NCBI RefSeq assembly: GCF_022347745.1 | Contig: NZ_JAKRGC010000008.1 | Span: forward strand, 26,630 to 50,629 | Length of the DNA: 24,000 nucleotides | Direction of reading: 5' to 3' | Source: Streptomyces sp. OfavH-34-F | GTDB lineage: Bacteria; Actinomycetota; Actinomycetes; Streptomycetales; Streptomycetaceae | Part shown: positions 15,108-22,950 of the stretch, one piece after another | How positions within the stretch are numbered: position 1 is the stretch's first letter | Layout of the letters: each line of letters opens with the position of its first letter | Program-made: the position numbers and the translations under genes | The notes under the pieces: generated by a model | Database searches by the model: none | Seen by the model: the letters and a program-made list of their open reading frames with translations, nothing else | Told to the model about the DNA's origin: nothing

Positions 15108-16058
15108 ATGAACAGCCCCGCACCCGTGCTGCGTACCGTCCTCGGAGACATCGCCCCCGACGCGGTGCACGGCCCCGCCCTGGCCCACGAACACCTCGTC
15201 CTCGACCTCGACCACCGGGGTGACGGCGGCGCTGTCCTCGACGGCCGGCACACCGCCGCCGTCACCGCCGAACTGGCCGCGCTCCGCGAGGAGTACGGAC
15301 TCGCCCTCGTCGTCGAGCTGACCTGCCGCGGCATGGGCCGCGACGTGCGCACCCTGGCCCGGATCTCCCGGGACGCCCAGGTCGCCGTCGTCGCCGCGAC
15401 CGGCTGGTACTACGAGCCGTTCCACACCCCCGAGATCGAGCGCGGCGACGTCGCGGACCTCACCGCCGCGCTCGTCCGCGAGATCGAGGACGGCATCGGG
15501 ACCACGGGTGTCCGCCCCGGCGTCCTCGGCGAGATCGGCAGCCACGGGGACACCCCGGCGCCGGCGGAGAGCAAGGTGCTCCGCGCCTCGGCGCGGGCCG
15601 CCCTCGCCACCGGGCTCTCCGTCGCCACCCACGCCCAGCTCGGCCGCGGCGGCCTCGCCCAGCTGGAACTGCTCACCGGCGAGGGGCTGCCTCCGCACCG
15701 GATCTCGGTCGGCCATCAGGACCTGCTGGACGACCCGGCGGTCCATCGGGAGCTGGCCGCGAGCGGCGCGTACGTCGCCTTCGACACCGTCGGCAAGGAC
15801 GGCTACCAGAGCGACGAGACCCGGCTGCGCCTCCTGCTCGCCCTCCTGGAAGCAGGACACGCCGACCGGGCCCTGCTCAGCTGCGACATCTCCCGCCACG
15901 GCTACCTCGCCTCCGAGGGGGGCCAGGGCTACGGCCACCTCTTCGGGAGCTTCCTGCCCAAGGTCCGTGCGGCGGGCGTGGACGACGACCTGATCGACCT
16001 GCTGACCCGCCGCAACCCGCTGCGCTTCCTCAGCGGCACGGCCGTGGAAGAGAGCTGA
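15108..16058 (+). CDS. php: Phosphotriesterase-homology protein (amidohydrolase superfamily, PTE/Php family)
   Basis: Binuclear-metal ligand set in order: ALAHEHL (HxH), GEIGS (bridging Glu, as in E. coli Php), ATHAQ (His), VGHQD (His), SCDIS (Asp). ATG 15108 is preceded by GAGAAGGA. The 5' part of ORF 13977..16058 is an out-of-frame overlap with yhfT. Confidence 0.9.
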   Translation: MNSPAPVLRTVLGDIAPDAVHGPALAHEHLVLDLDHRGDGGAVLDGRHTAAVTAELAALREEYGLALVVELTCRGMGRDVRTLARISRDAQVAVVAATGWYYEPFHTPEIERGDVADLTAALVREIEDGIGTTGVRPGVLGEIGSHGDTPAPAESKVLRASARAALATGLSVATHAQLGRGGLAQLELLTGEGLPPHRISVGHQDLLDDPAVHRELAASGAYVAFDTVGKDGYQSDETRLRLLLALLEAGHADRALLSCDISRHGYLASEGGQGYGHLFGSFLPKVRAAGVDDDLIDLLTRRNPLRFLSGTAVEES

Positions 16059-16060
16059 CC

Positions 16061-17176
16061 ATGCACCCCGTACTCCCCGAGACGTTCCCGCTGCCGACCG
16101 TGGCCCCGGCTGACGCCGTCGCCCGGCAGTTCCGGCTCATCGAGGCCACCGCCCGCCACTTCGAGGGCCCGCAGCTGTTCGCCTCCGACGCCGGGGTCGT
16201 GCCCGGCCTGGGGCGTCCCGCCACCACCGCCCGGGTGGAGGCCGTGCTCGCCGACTTCTTCGGCGCCGAGGACGCCGCGTTCGTCCAGGGCGCGGGCACC
16301 GGCGCGATCCGGGCGGCCCTCGCCGCCGCCGTCCGCCCCGGCGCCCCCCTCCTCATCCACCGGGCTCCGGTCTACCGCACCACCGAGGTCACGCTGCGCG
16401 GCCTCGGAGTCCGGACCGCCGAAACCGACTTCAACGATCCCGGCGCGCTCCGCGAGGCCCTGGAGTCCGGCCGGTTCCGCTGGGCCTACGTCCAGCACAC
16501 CCGGCAGCGGCTCGCCGACTCCTACGACCCCGGCGCGGTCCTCTCCGCCTGCCGGGCCGCCGGCGTCCGCACCGTCGTCGACGACAACTACGCCGTGATG
16601 CGCACTCCGGCCGCCGGGGTCGAACTGGGCGCCGACGCCTCCTGCTTCTCCCTGTTCAAGCTGCACGGCCCGGAGGGCGTCGGCATCGTCGTCGGCGCCC
16701 GCGACCTGATCGAGCACATCCGCCGCGACAACTACTCCGGCGGCGGCCAGGTCCAGGGGCACCAGGCGCTCGACGCGCTGCGCGCGCTCACCCACGTACC
16801 GCTCATGTGGTCCGTGCAGTCGCAGGTCGGCACCGAGGTCGCCGAGCGGCTGAACGCGGGCGAGGTGCCCGGTGTCGCCGAGGTCCGGCTCGCCAACGCG
16901 CAGGACCGGTGCCTGCTCGTCCGGCTCGACCGGCCCGTCGCCCGGGAACTGCCCGCCGTCGCCGCCCGCTTCGGCGCGGCCCCCTACCCCGTCGGCTCGA
17001 ACTCCCGCTACGAGATCACGCCGCTCTTCTACCGGATGTCCAGCTCCACCCTGGACGACTCCCCCGAACTGGCCGACTGGACCGTGCGCATCAACCCGAT
17101 GCGGGCGGGCGCGGACCTCGTCATCGAGATCCTGCGCCGCTCACTGGCCGCGCTGAACGACCCGAAGGACCGCTGA
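16061..17176 (+). CDS. yhfS: YhfS-family PLP-dependent enzyme (fold type I, aminotransferase/C-S lyase-like)
   Basis: VQGAGTGAIRAAL, DDNYAVM, FSLFKLHGPEGVGIVVG (probable PLP lysine) and YSGGGQVQG parallel E. coli YhfS. The start is 2 nt after the php stop (TGAccATG). Confidence 0.85.
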   Translation: MHPVLPETFPLPTVAPADAVARQFRLIEATARHFEGPQLFASDAGVVPGLGRPATTARVEAVLADFFGAEDAAFVQGAGTGAIRAALAAAVRPGAPLLIHRAPVYRTTEVTLRGLGVRTAETDFNDPGALREALESGRFRWAYVQHTRQRLADSYDPGAVLSACRAAGVRTVVDDNYAVMRTPAAGVELGADASCFSLFKLHGPEGVGIVVGARDLIEHIRRDNYSGGGQVQGHQALDALRALTHVPLMWSVQSQVGTEVAERLNAGEVPGVAEVRLANAQDRCLLVRLDRPVARELPAVAARFGAAPYPVGSNSRYEITPLFYRMSSSTLDDSPELADWTVRINPMRAGADLVIEILRRSLAALNDPKDR

Positions 17177-17178
17177 CC

Positions 17179-18345
17179 GTGTTTCTCGACACCGTCCTGA
17201 CCCGTAATCCCGGTCTCGTCGAGGCCGCGGCGGCACTCCACGACCAGGGCGCGATCCCGCCGGACACCTATGTGATGGACCTGGACGCCGTCGAGGCCAA
17301 CGCCGCGCTGCTGGCCGCCGAGGCCGAACGGCTGGGCCTGTCCCTCTGGTTCGTCGTCAAGCAGCTGGGCCGCAACCCCGAACTGATCCGGGCCGTCGCC
17401 CGGCACATCCCCCGCTACGCCGCCATCGACCCGCCCGAGGCCCGCACCCTGCACGCCTCCGGCGCCCGGGCCGGCAACCTCGGCCACCTCGTCCAGATCC
17501 CGCGCCGCGCACTGCCCGAGATGCTGGCGTGGCGGCCCGAGACCGTCACCGTGTACGACCTCGACAACGCCCGCGCGGTCTCCGACGCCGCGAGCCGGCT
17601 GGGGTTCGTCCAGGACGTCCTGATCCGTCTCGAAGGCGCCGAGGGAAGCGTCTACCCCGGCCAGGAGGGCGGCGTCCCGCTCGGCCGGCTCGACGCCTTC
17701 GCCGACGCGGCCGAGCGGCTGCCCGGCGTCCGCATCGCGGGAGTCACCGCGTTCCCGTGCGTGCTGTGCGACCCGGCGACCGGGGCCCCGTACGCCACCC
17801 CCAACTTCGCGCTCGCCCTCAAGGCCCGCGAGCTGCTCGCCGGGCGCGGCCACGCGGACCTCCGACTGAGCGCCCCGAGTGCCACCTCGATGGCCTCCCT
17901 GCCGCTGCTCGCCGAGCTCGGCGCCACCCACGGCGAGCCGGGCCACGCCCTCACCGGCACGACCCCGCTGCACGCGCTCGACCCCTCACAGCCCGAGACC
18001 CCCGCCTACGTGTACGTCACCGAGGTGGCCCACACCCTGGGCGACGGCCGGCCAGCCGTCTTCGGCGGCGGCTTCTACGCCCGCTCCCACATCAGGAGCG
18101 CCCTGCTGCCACGCACCGGGGCACGGCTGGACGTGCTCGACGCGCCCGCCGAGAACATCGACTACTACCGGCTGCTCGACGCGCCCGCCCCCGGACAGGA
18201 CGTCCGCCTCGGCGACACCGCGCTGCTCGCCTTCCGCACCCAGATCTTCGTCACCCGCTCGACCGTCGCCGTCGTCTCCGGACTCTCGTCCGGTACGCCC
18301 CGTCTCAACGGTCTGTACGACGCCCAGGGCCGGTCCCTGAGCTGA
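17179..18345 (+). CDS. yhfX: YhfX-family PLP-dependent enzyme (fold type III, alanine-racemase N-terminal domain-like)
   Basis: VFLDTVLTRNPGL..., YVMDLDAV, VVKQLGRNPEL (probable PLP lysine), GHLVQIP, APSATS, HGEPGHALTGT and FRTQIFVTRS parallel E. coli YhfX. GTG start is 2 nt after the yhfS stop (TGAccGTG). Confidence 0.85.
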   Translation: MFLDTVLTRNPGLVEAAAALHDQGAIPPDTYVMDLDAVEANAALLAAEAERLGLSLWFVVKQLGRNPELIRAVARHIPRYAAIDPPEARTLHASGARAGNLGHLVQIPRRALPEMLAWRPETVTVYDLDNARAVSDAASRLGFVQDVLIRLEGAEGSVYPGQEGGVPLGRLDAFADAAERLPGVRIAGVTAFPCVLCDPATGAPYATPNFALALKARELLAGRGHADLRLSAPSATSMASLPLLAELGATHGEPGHALTGTTPLHALDPSQPETPAYVYVTEVAHTLGDGRPAVFGGGFYARSHIRSALLPRTGARLDVLDAPAENIDYYRLLDAPAPGQDVRLGDTALLAFRTQIFVTRSTVAVVSGLSSGTPRLNGLYDAQGRSLS

Positions 18346-18356
18346 GGAGGCACCCC

Positions 18357-19598
18357 ATGGCCAAGACCGTCATCGTCGTGATCGACGGATTCGGCATCGG
18401 CGCCATGCCCGACGCGGGCACCGCGCGTCCCGGCGATCCGACCGCCGACACCTGCGGACATGTGCTGGACCACTGCCGGGAGGCGTTCGGCCGCCCGTTG
18501 CGCCTGCCCGTGCTGGGTTCGCTCGGCCTCGGCCTCGTCCACCCGCACCCCGATCTCGCCCGGCGCACCCATCTGCCCGTCGCCGCCGGCCGGGCCGCCC
18601 TCGGCTATCCGGGCGCCGACACGTTCGCCGGCCACCAGACGATGATGGGGGCCGACTTCAGCCGGGTGACCGTCGCCCGGCTCGCCGACCACATCGACGA
18701 GGTGACCGCCGCGCTCGAAGCGGCCGGTCACCGGGTCGGCCGGCTGGACGGCGCGCCGCTCCTGGTCGTCGACGGCTCGGTGCTGGTCCACGACAACCTG
18801 GAGGCGGACCCGGGCATCAACTGGAACGCCTCGGGGCGGCTGGAGGACCTGCCGTTCGACGGGCCGGACGGCATCCTCGCCGTGGCCCGCACCGTACGCG
18901 CCGTCGCTCCCGTGGCGCGGGTCATCGCGGTGGGCGGACACGCGGACGGTCCGCTGGAGCACTACGTACGGGCCGGTGAGGAGGGCACGGTCGGCCTCGA
19001 CACCCCGGCGACCGGTTTCTACCGCAACGGCGGCCTCGAAGTGCAGCACCTGGGCGCCCGGATCGACCACACCCGCCAGCTGCCCGACCTGGCCGCCCGC
19101 GCGGGCGTTCCGGTGACCCTGGTGGGCAAGGCCGCCGACATCCTGGCCTGCGACGCGGCGGCCCGTCACCCGGCCGTGGACACCGCCGAGGTCCTCACCC
19201 ACACCCTTGAGGCGGTGCGCGCCGCCGGGGACGGCCTGGTCGTCGCCAACATCCAGGAGACGGACCTGGCCGGGCACCAGCAGGACACCGAGCGCTACGG
19301 ACGTCTCCTGGAACAGACCGACGCGGGCCTGGCCGCGCTCGTCGCCCTGCTCGACGCCCCGGGCGACCGCCTCATCGTGACCGGCGACCACGGCAACGAC
19401 CCCACGGCCGGGCACGCCTTCCACACCCGCGAGTACGTCCCCGTGCTCATCCACCGGCCCGACGCGGAGGGCGTGGAGCTGCTTCCCGACGCGGAGAGCC
19501 TCGCGGACGTCGGTGCGACGGCGGCCGTGTCCCTGTCGCTGGACCCGCGGGGCCTGGCCAACGGCCGGGAACTGCGGACGGGCCGGCGGGCTGCCTAG
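18357..19598 (+). CDS. yhfW: YhfW-family phosphopentomutase-like metalloenzyme (alkaline-phosphatase superfamily)
   Basis: VVIDGFGIGAMPD, NIQETDLAGHQQD, and VTGDHGNDPTAGHAFHTREYVPVL (metal-binding motifs of the DeoB/phosphomutase family). GAGGAGG RBS at 18344-18350. Confidence 0.85.
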   Translation: MAKTVIVVIDGFGIGAMPDAGTARPGDPTADTCGHVLDHCREAFGRPLRLPVLGSLGLGLVHPHPDLARRTHLPVAAGRAALGYPGADTFAGHQTMMGADFSRVTVARLADHIDEVTAALEAAGHRVGRLDGAPLLVVDGSVLVHDNLEADPGINWNASGRLEDLPFDGPDGILAVARTVRAVAPVARVIAVGGHADGPLEHYVRAGEEGTVGLDTPATGFYRNGGLEVQHLGARIDHTRQLPDLAARAGVPVTLVGKAADILACDAAARHPAVDTAEVLTHTLEAVRAAGDGLVVANIQETDLAGHQQDTERYGRLLEQTDAGLAALVALLDAPGDRLIVTGDHGNDPTAGHAFHTREYVPVLIHRPDAEGVELLPDAESLADVGATAAVSLSLDPRGLANGRELRTGRRAA

Positions 19599-19717
19599 GG
19601 GGTGTCTCTTTGATGGGCTGGTCAGTTGATCGGATGTGTCTGTCCGATTGGTGATCACCGATGCGATGTGGGACCGGATCGAACCGTTGCTGCCGGCCGA
19701 TCCGGCCCGTGGACGAT
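19599..19717 (+). mobile_element. 5' fragment of an IS5-family (DUF4096-type N-terminus) insertion sequence
   Basis: GTG 19651 opens VITDAMWDRIEPLLPADPARGR, the stereotyped N-terminus of IS5/IS427-group transposases. It is lost after about 22 codons, where it meets the 3' end of the IS630 gene. A candidate terminal sequence, GGGGGTGTCTC, begins at 19599, directly after the yhfW stop. Confidence 0.55.
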
Positions 19718-20755
19718 GTGGTCGGCGTGGTCGGTGCCGTCGAGGGTGAAGTAGCGCAGGGCGGTGAACTGGGCCTCGATCCGGTTCAGCCAGGAGGAGT
19801 TGGTCGGGGTGTAGGCGATCTCCACGTTGTTCGCCGCCGCCCACGTCGCGACCCGCCGGCATCGCTTCGTGGTCAGGTGCGGGGAGAAGCTATCGCAGAC
19901 GATCGCGATCCGCACCGCCGGAGGGTAGAGGGTGCGCAGGTAGCGGCAGAACTCCAGGAACTGCGTGCGCCGCTTGAGCGGTTTGATGTGGCCGTAGAGC
20001 TTGTCCTTGCCCAGGTCCAGGGCTGCAAACAGGTGCCGCACCCCGCCGTAACGGTTGTAGGTTGCCCGGCGCCGGCGGCGGGGCTCACGGTCGGGGTCCT
20101 TGTGTCTGCCGCCGTGCTCGGTCCACTGCCGCCCGGGGTGCGGCATCAGGTTGAGCGGCCCGAACTCGTCCATGCAGAAAACGGCTTCGGGCTCGCCTTC
20201 CTCAGCTATGACCTCACCGTCGGCGATCGCGTAGAGATGCTCGACGCGGGCCTTCTTGGGCGCGTAGTCCGGATCGCGGGAGGTCTTCCAGGTCTTCAGA
20301 CGTTGAAAGGAGACGCCCTCCTTGCGGAGCAGAAGGCGCAGGCCCTCGTGGCTGATGTCGTCGACCACCCCCTCGGCGACCAGGAAGTCGGCCAGCTTGG
20401 CCAGGCTCCAGGTCGAGAACGGCAGATCATGCTCGGTCGGCTTGGACTTGGCGATCTTCTTGATCTCGCGGCGCTCGGGCAGCGTGAAGGTCTTCGGCCG
20501 GCCGCCGGAGTACTTGGGGTAGAGCGAGCCGAAACCGTCGGCGTTGAAGTTGTGGATCACGTCGCGGACCCGGTCGTCACTGGTGAACGACAGCTCGGCG
20601 ATCTTCACGACCGGCATGCCCTGGGCGGACAGCAGCACCATCTGCGCGCGCCGCCAGGTCACCACGGAACCCGCGCCTCTGCGGACTATCCGCAGTAACC
20701 GCCGGCCCTCGTCGTCATCGATCTCGCGGATACGCACTCGTTCTGCCACCCGCAT
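19655..20755 (-). CDS. IS630-family DDE transposase, native C-terminus truncated/replaced
   Basis: From ATG 20755: MRVAERVRIREIDDDEGRRLL..., HTH regions, then DDE contexts CMDEFGPLNL, IVCDSFSPH, NSSWLNRIEAQF. After ...DGTDHADH the last ~20 codons (IVHGPDRPAATVRSGPTSHR) are the reverse-strand reading of the IS5-like fragment, so the normal tail is missing. The ORF-track extension to 20992 is rejected. Confidence 0.85.
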   Translation of the reverse strand: MRVAERVRIREIDDDEGRRLLRIVRRGAGSVVTWRRAQMVLLSAQGMPVVKIAELSFTSDDRVRDVIHNFNADGFGSLYPKYSGGRPKTFTLPERREIKKIAKSKPTEHDLPFSTWSLAKLADFLVAEGVVDDISHEGLRLLLRKEGVSFQRLKTWKTSRDPDYAPKKARVEHLYAIADGEVIAEEGEPEAVFCMDEFGPLNLMPHPGRQWTEHGGRHKDPDREPRRRRRATYNRYGGVRHLFAALDLGKDKLYGHIKPLKRRTQFLEFCRYLRTLYPPAVRIAIVCDSFSPHLTTKRCRRVATWAAANNVEIAYTPTNSSWLNRIEAQFTALRYFTLDGTDHADHIVHGPDRPAATVRSGPTSHR

Positions 20756-20789
20756 AGCCTGGCGGCCCGATGCCGCTGGAACGCGGTGT

Positions 20790-21155
20790 TCAGGAGGAGT
20801 CGTTGGAATCGGCCGCGAGCGTCTTGCCCTCGACACCTGACCGGGGGACGCCGTCGACCGCCACACAGATACCGAAGACACGATCATGGCCGGTCCAGCC
20901 GTTGACGCGGCCACGGTTGTTGCTGATCTGCACCCGCTTCCTGGCAGGGTCCACAGACGACACCAAGTGCAAGTAGACCGTCCCGGCAACACGGGCGAGG
21001 ACGATGTCCCCTACCTCCAACTTCGCTGGGTCGACCGGAGCGACGACCACCTGCTGCCGACTGCGTATCAGCGGAACCATCGAGGAGCCGCTGGGCCGGA
21101 ACGCCACGGTGGCCCCACCAACAACCCTGCCTGCCACTGCATCCAATGCGCCCAT
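20790..21155 (-). CDS. Small S24/S26 (LexA/signal-peptidase)-fold-like protein
   Basis: 121 aa. FRPSGSSMVPLIRSRQQVVVAPVDPAKLEVGDIVLARV follows the G-x-S-M-x-P...GD-h-V pattern of S24/S26 peptidases. Codon GC3 is lower than in the core genes. No clear RBS. Confidence 0.45.
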   Translation of the reverse strand: MGALDAVAGRVVGGATVAFRPSGSSMVPLIRSRQQVVVAPVDPAKLEVGDIVLARVAGTVYLHLVSSVDPARKRVQISNNRGRVNGWTGHDRVFGICVAVDGVPRSGVEGKTLAADSNDSS

Positions 21156-21319
21156 CCGGTGATCGTGGCAGATTCCCCTACATCAACCCACCGATTTACT
21201 TCTCACCCTCCATCAGCAAGGCGAACGTTGCCTGACGCGGCACTAGCCATCGCCTACCAGGCCGCACTCCACGTCGCGTCCATCCTTCTCTGGGCGCGGC
21301 AGTGACATGACTACGGAAG

Positions 21320-21775
21320 CTACAGGCCCAAGCTTGAGACGAAGCTTGAGAATGTAGGTGCTACGACCCGCCACTGGCACAGAAGTGGGTCCGTCCAGAA
21401 GTCACTGCCGACGATGCGGGGATCTGAGGGGTCAGTTCGGTAGTCGAGAGCCAAGGCGCCGTCATCACCGGGGTTGCGAGTGGTGGCGATCAGCACTGCC
21501 TGGTCAACATCAAGCCAAGGAAGTTCGAGCGGGGTAACGCTTCTGCGTCCGCGTGCCTGGCGAAAGAAGGCGGAGTGCGGATCATCGGCGAACATGTCCA
21601 TCGATTGGGACGCGTACGCCATCTGCTCGGGGTTCGACACGAAGCCAAGTGAGTCCTTGAACCACGGAATGGCCTTCGCCAGCACCACATCGCCCGGGTG
21701 ACGCCAGAGGTCGCGATCGATGAGCGACGTCAGCAGGGCGGGCAGAGCAAGTCCACGGACTATCGAAGGCTCCAT
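21320..21775 (-). CDS. SUKH/SMI1-KNR4-like (immunity-protein-type) hypothetical protein
   Basis: 151 aa. LPALLTSLI...W, the central ...AVLIATTRNPGDDGALALDYR..., and the C-terminal WRVVAPTFSSFVSSLGL resemble the SMI1/KNR4 (SUKH) pattern as I remember it. Assignment is by pattern only. Confidence 0.45.
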   Translation of the reverse strand: MEPSIVRGLALPALLTSLIDRDLWRHPGDVVLAKAIPWFKDSLGFVSNPEQMAYASQSMDMFADDPHSAFFRQARGRRSVTPLELPWLDVDQAVLIATTRNPGDDGALALDYRTDPSDPRIVGSDFWTDPLLCQWRVVAPTFSSFVSSLGL

Positions 21776-21942
21776 GGCGCACAGCTTCGCACGGCGGACA
21801 GCACCAAGGAGACACGCTCTAGTCGTTCGGGCGGTTTCCGAGTCCGCTGCGGAGATGCCCGGGGGGACCTGCGCGTGTCGCCCGACCGGCCGTCCGCACG
21901 GGGGTTTTGCAGGGCATGCCGAGCCGGACGACCGGTTGCCGG

Positions 21943-22224
21943 TCAGCTCGTGCCGGCGTCCTCGTTCCGAGACGGGGGCTCATCGCGGCGCTCCGGGGCG
22001 GGACGGTAGCGGCCCATGCTTCCCATGATCAGAACGGCTCCCAGGGGCCCCATCCCGTAGAGCAGGGGAACATCCCTGCCGAACCTGGTGATGAGGAAGG
22101 CCAACGCTGCGAGGGCAAGAACCAAAAGGGGGCGCCTGACAACGTGCCGGCTGATGATGGCCAGTCGGCGCCGCACTCCCCGCGCCTCGGTGAGGCGCAC
22201 CCAGGCCGAAGATGACATGACCAC
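21943..22224 (-). CDS. Small hypothetical membrane protein (two predicted TM segments)
   Basis: 93 aa. Hydrophobic spans PLLVLALAALAFLITRF and LLYGMGPLGAVLIMGSMG. Codon usage is acceptable for the lower-GC islet. No homology recognised. Confidence 0.35.
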   Translation of the reverse strand: MVMSSSAWVRLTEARGVRRRLAIISRHVVRRPLLVLALAALAFLITRFGRDVPLLYGMGPLGAVLIMGSMGRYRPAPERRDEPPSRNEDAGTS

Positions 22225-22598
22225 AGCTTAGTTTGCCCAGCAGGCGCGACGCCGTTGGCCGCCGGCCGCACCTCGATGTCGCTGTCGCCGGGCCGCGTGG
22301 CCCGGTGACACTCCCGCACCGTGCCTCGCGCTACCTGGCGCTCTGACCGCATGGGTGGGCCTGACCAGCGAGATCACCGACCGGGCCCGGAAGGGCAACC
22401 GGGACGGCCGCCCCCCTGGATGGACATAGAGGGCAAACGCGGCGGGCGCACCACTGCGCTGCGGCTGCTGGGAGGTGGGCTTCGCGGCGACCGGTTCGGC
22501 GAGCAAAGCATCCGGCACGTACGGCAAAGTCGCGACTCCCCGAAGAGCCTATGGTCCGTCAGCGACGTACCAACAGACGGGATCGGACGGGAACACGG

Positions 22599-22796
22599 AT
22601 GCGCATCTCCACACGCCGGGCCATCAGAAACGTTGGCTCGGTCGCCACCGCGACGGCCGCCCCGCTCGGCGCCAGCATGTTCGCCGCCCCTGCGTCCTCC
22701 GCGTCGGCCGGCGGCGGAGCGTACGGCTCCTACACAGGCCGCGCCATCAAGTTCCCCTACTTCACGCCGACCGGCGCGTTCTACACGTGTCGGTGA
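22599..22796 (+). CDS. Small secreted Gly/Tyr/Phe-rich peptide (hypothetical)
   Basis: ATG 22599 gives MRISTRRAIRNVGSVATATAAPLGASMFAAPASSASA (signal peptide with an AxA site) followed by GGGAYGSYTGRAIKFPYFTPTGAFYTCR. Weak RBS. It could instead be a decayed gene fragment. Confidence 0.3.
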   Translation: MRISTRRAIRNVGSVATATAAPLGASMFAAPASSASAGGGAYGSYTGRAIKFPYFTPTGAFYTCR

Positions 22797-22950
22797 CCGG
22801 CGGCAGGCACAACGGCTTCGCCGGACCCTCCAGGTTCCAGGACTGTCGAAGGCTGCGCCGGCAGCCGACACCATGATCGTCCCGGGCGACCGCGCCTCGT
22901 CCGCACCGCTGAGTCATATTCGCTGTTTCCCCTCACTCAGGAGGTCCTAC

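Noticed and set aside
13687-15123. 478-aa minus-strand ORF opposite yhfT
   Set aside because: It is antisense to a membrane-protein gene whose text matches the YhfT family. The product is charged and low-complexity (E/D/R/G/Q-rich).
18165-19862. 565-aa minus-strand ORF opposite yhfW and running into the IS region
   Set aside because: It is antisense to the phosphomutase-like gene and crosses the IS junction, so it cannot be an ancestral gene. Low-complexity text.
20756-20992. N-terminal extension of the IS630 transposase ORF
   Set aside because: The conserved transposase text starts at MRVAERVRIREIDDDEGRRLL (ATG 20755). The extension overlaps the 3' end of the S24-like gene in another frame.
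21330-21351. AAGCTTGAGA tandem repeat as a separate repeat element
   Set aside because: There are only two copies, and they lie inside the coding 3' end of the SUKH-like gene (FSSFVSSL). Noted under that gene instead.
22321-22950. 5' part of the 400-aa ORF 22321..23523, and the antisense 166-aa ORF 22374..22874
   Set aside because: Arg/Pro/Ala-rich text without motifs. The real secreted protein begins at ATG 22951, which has a consensus AGGAGG.
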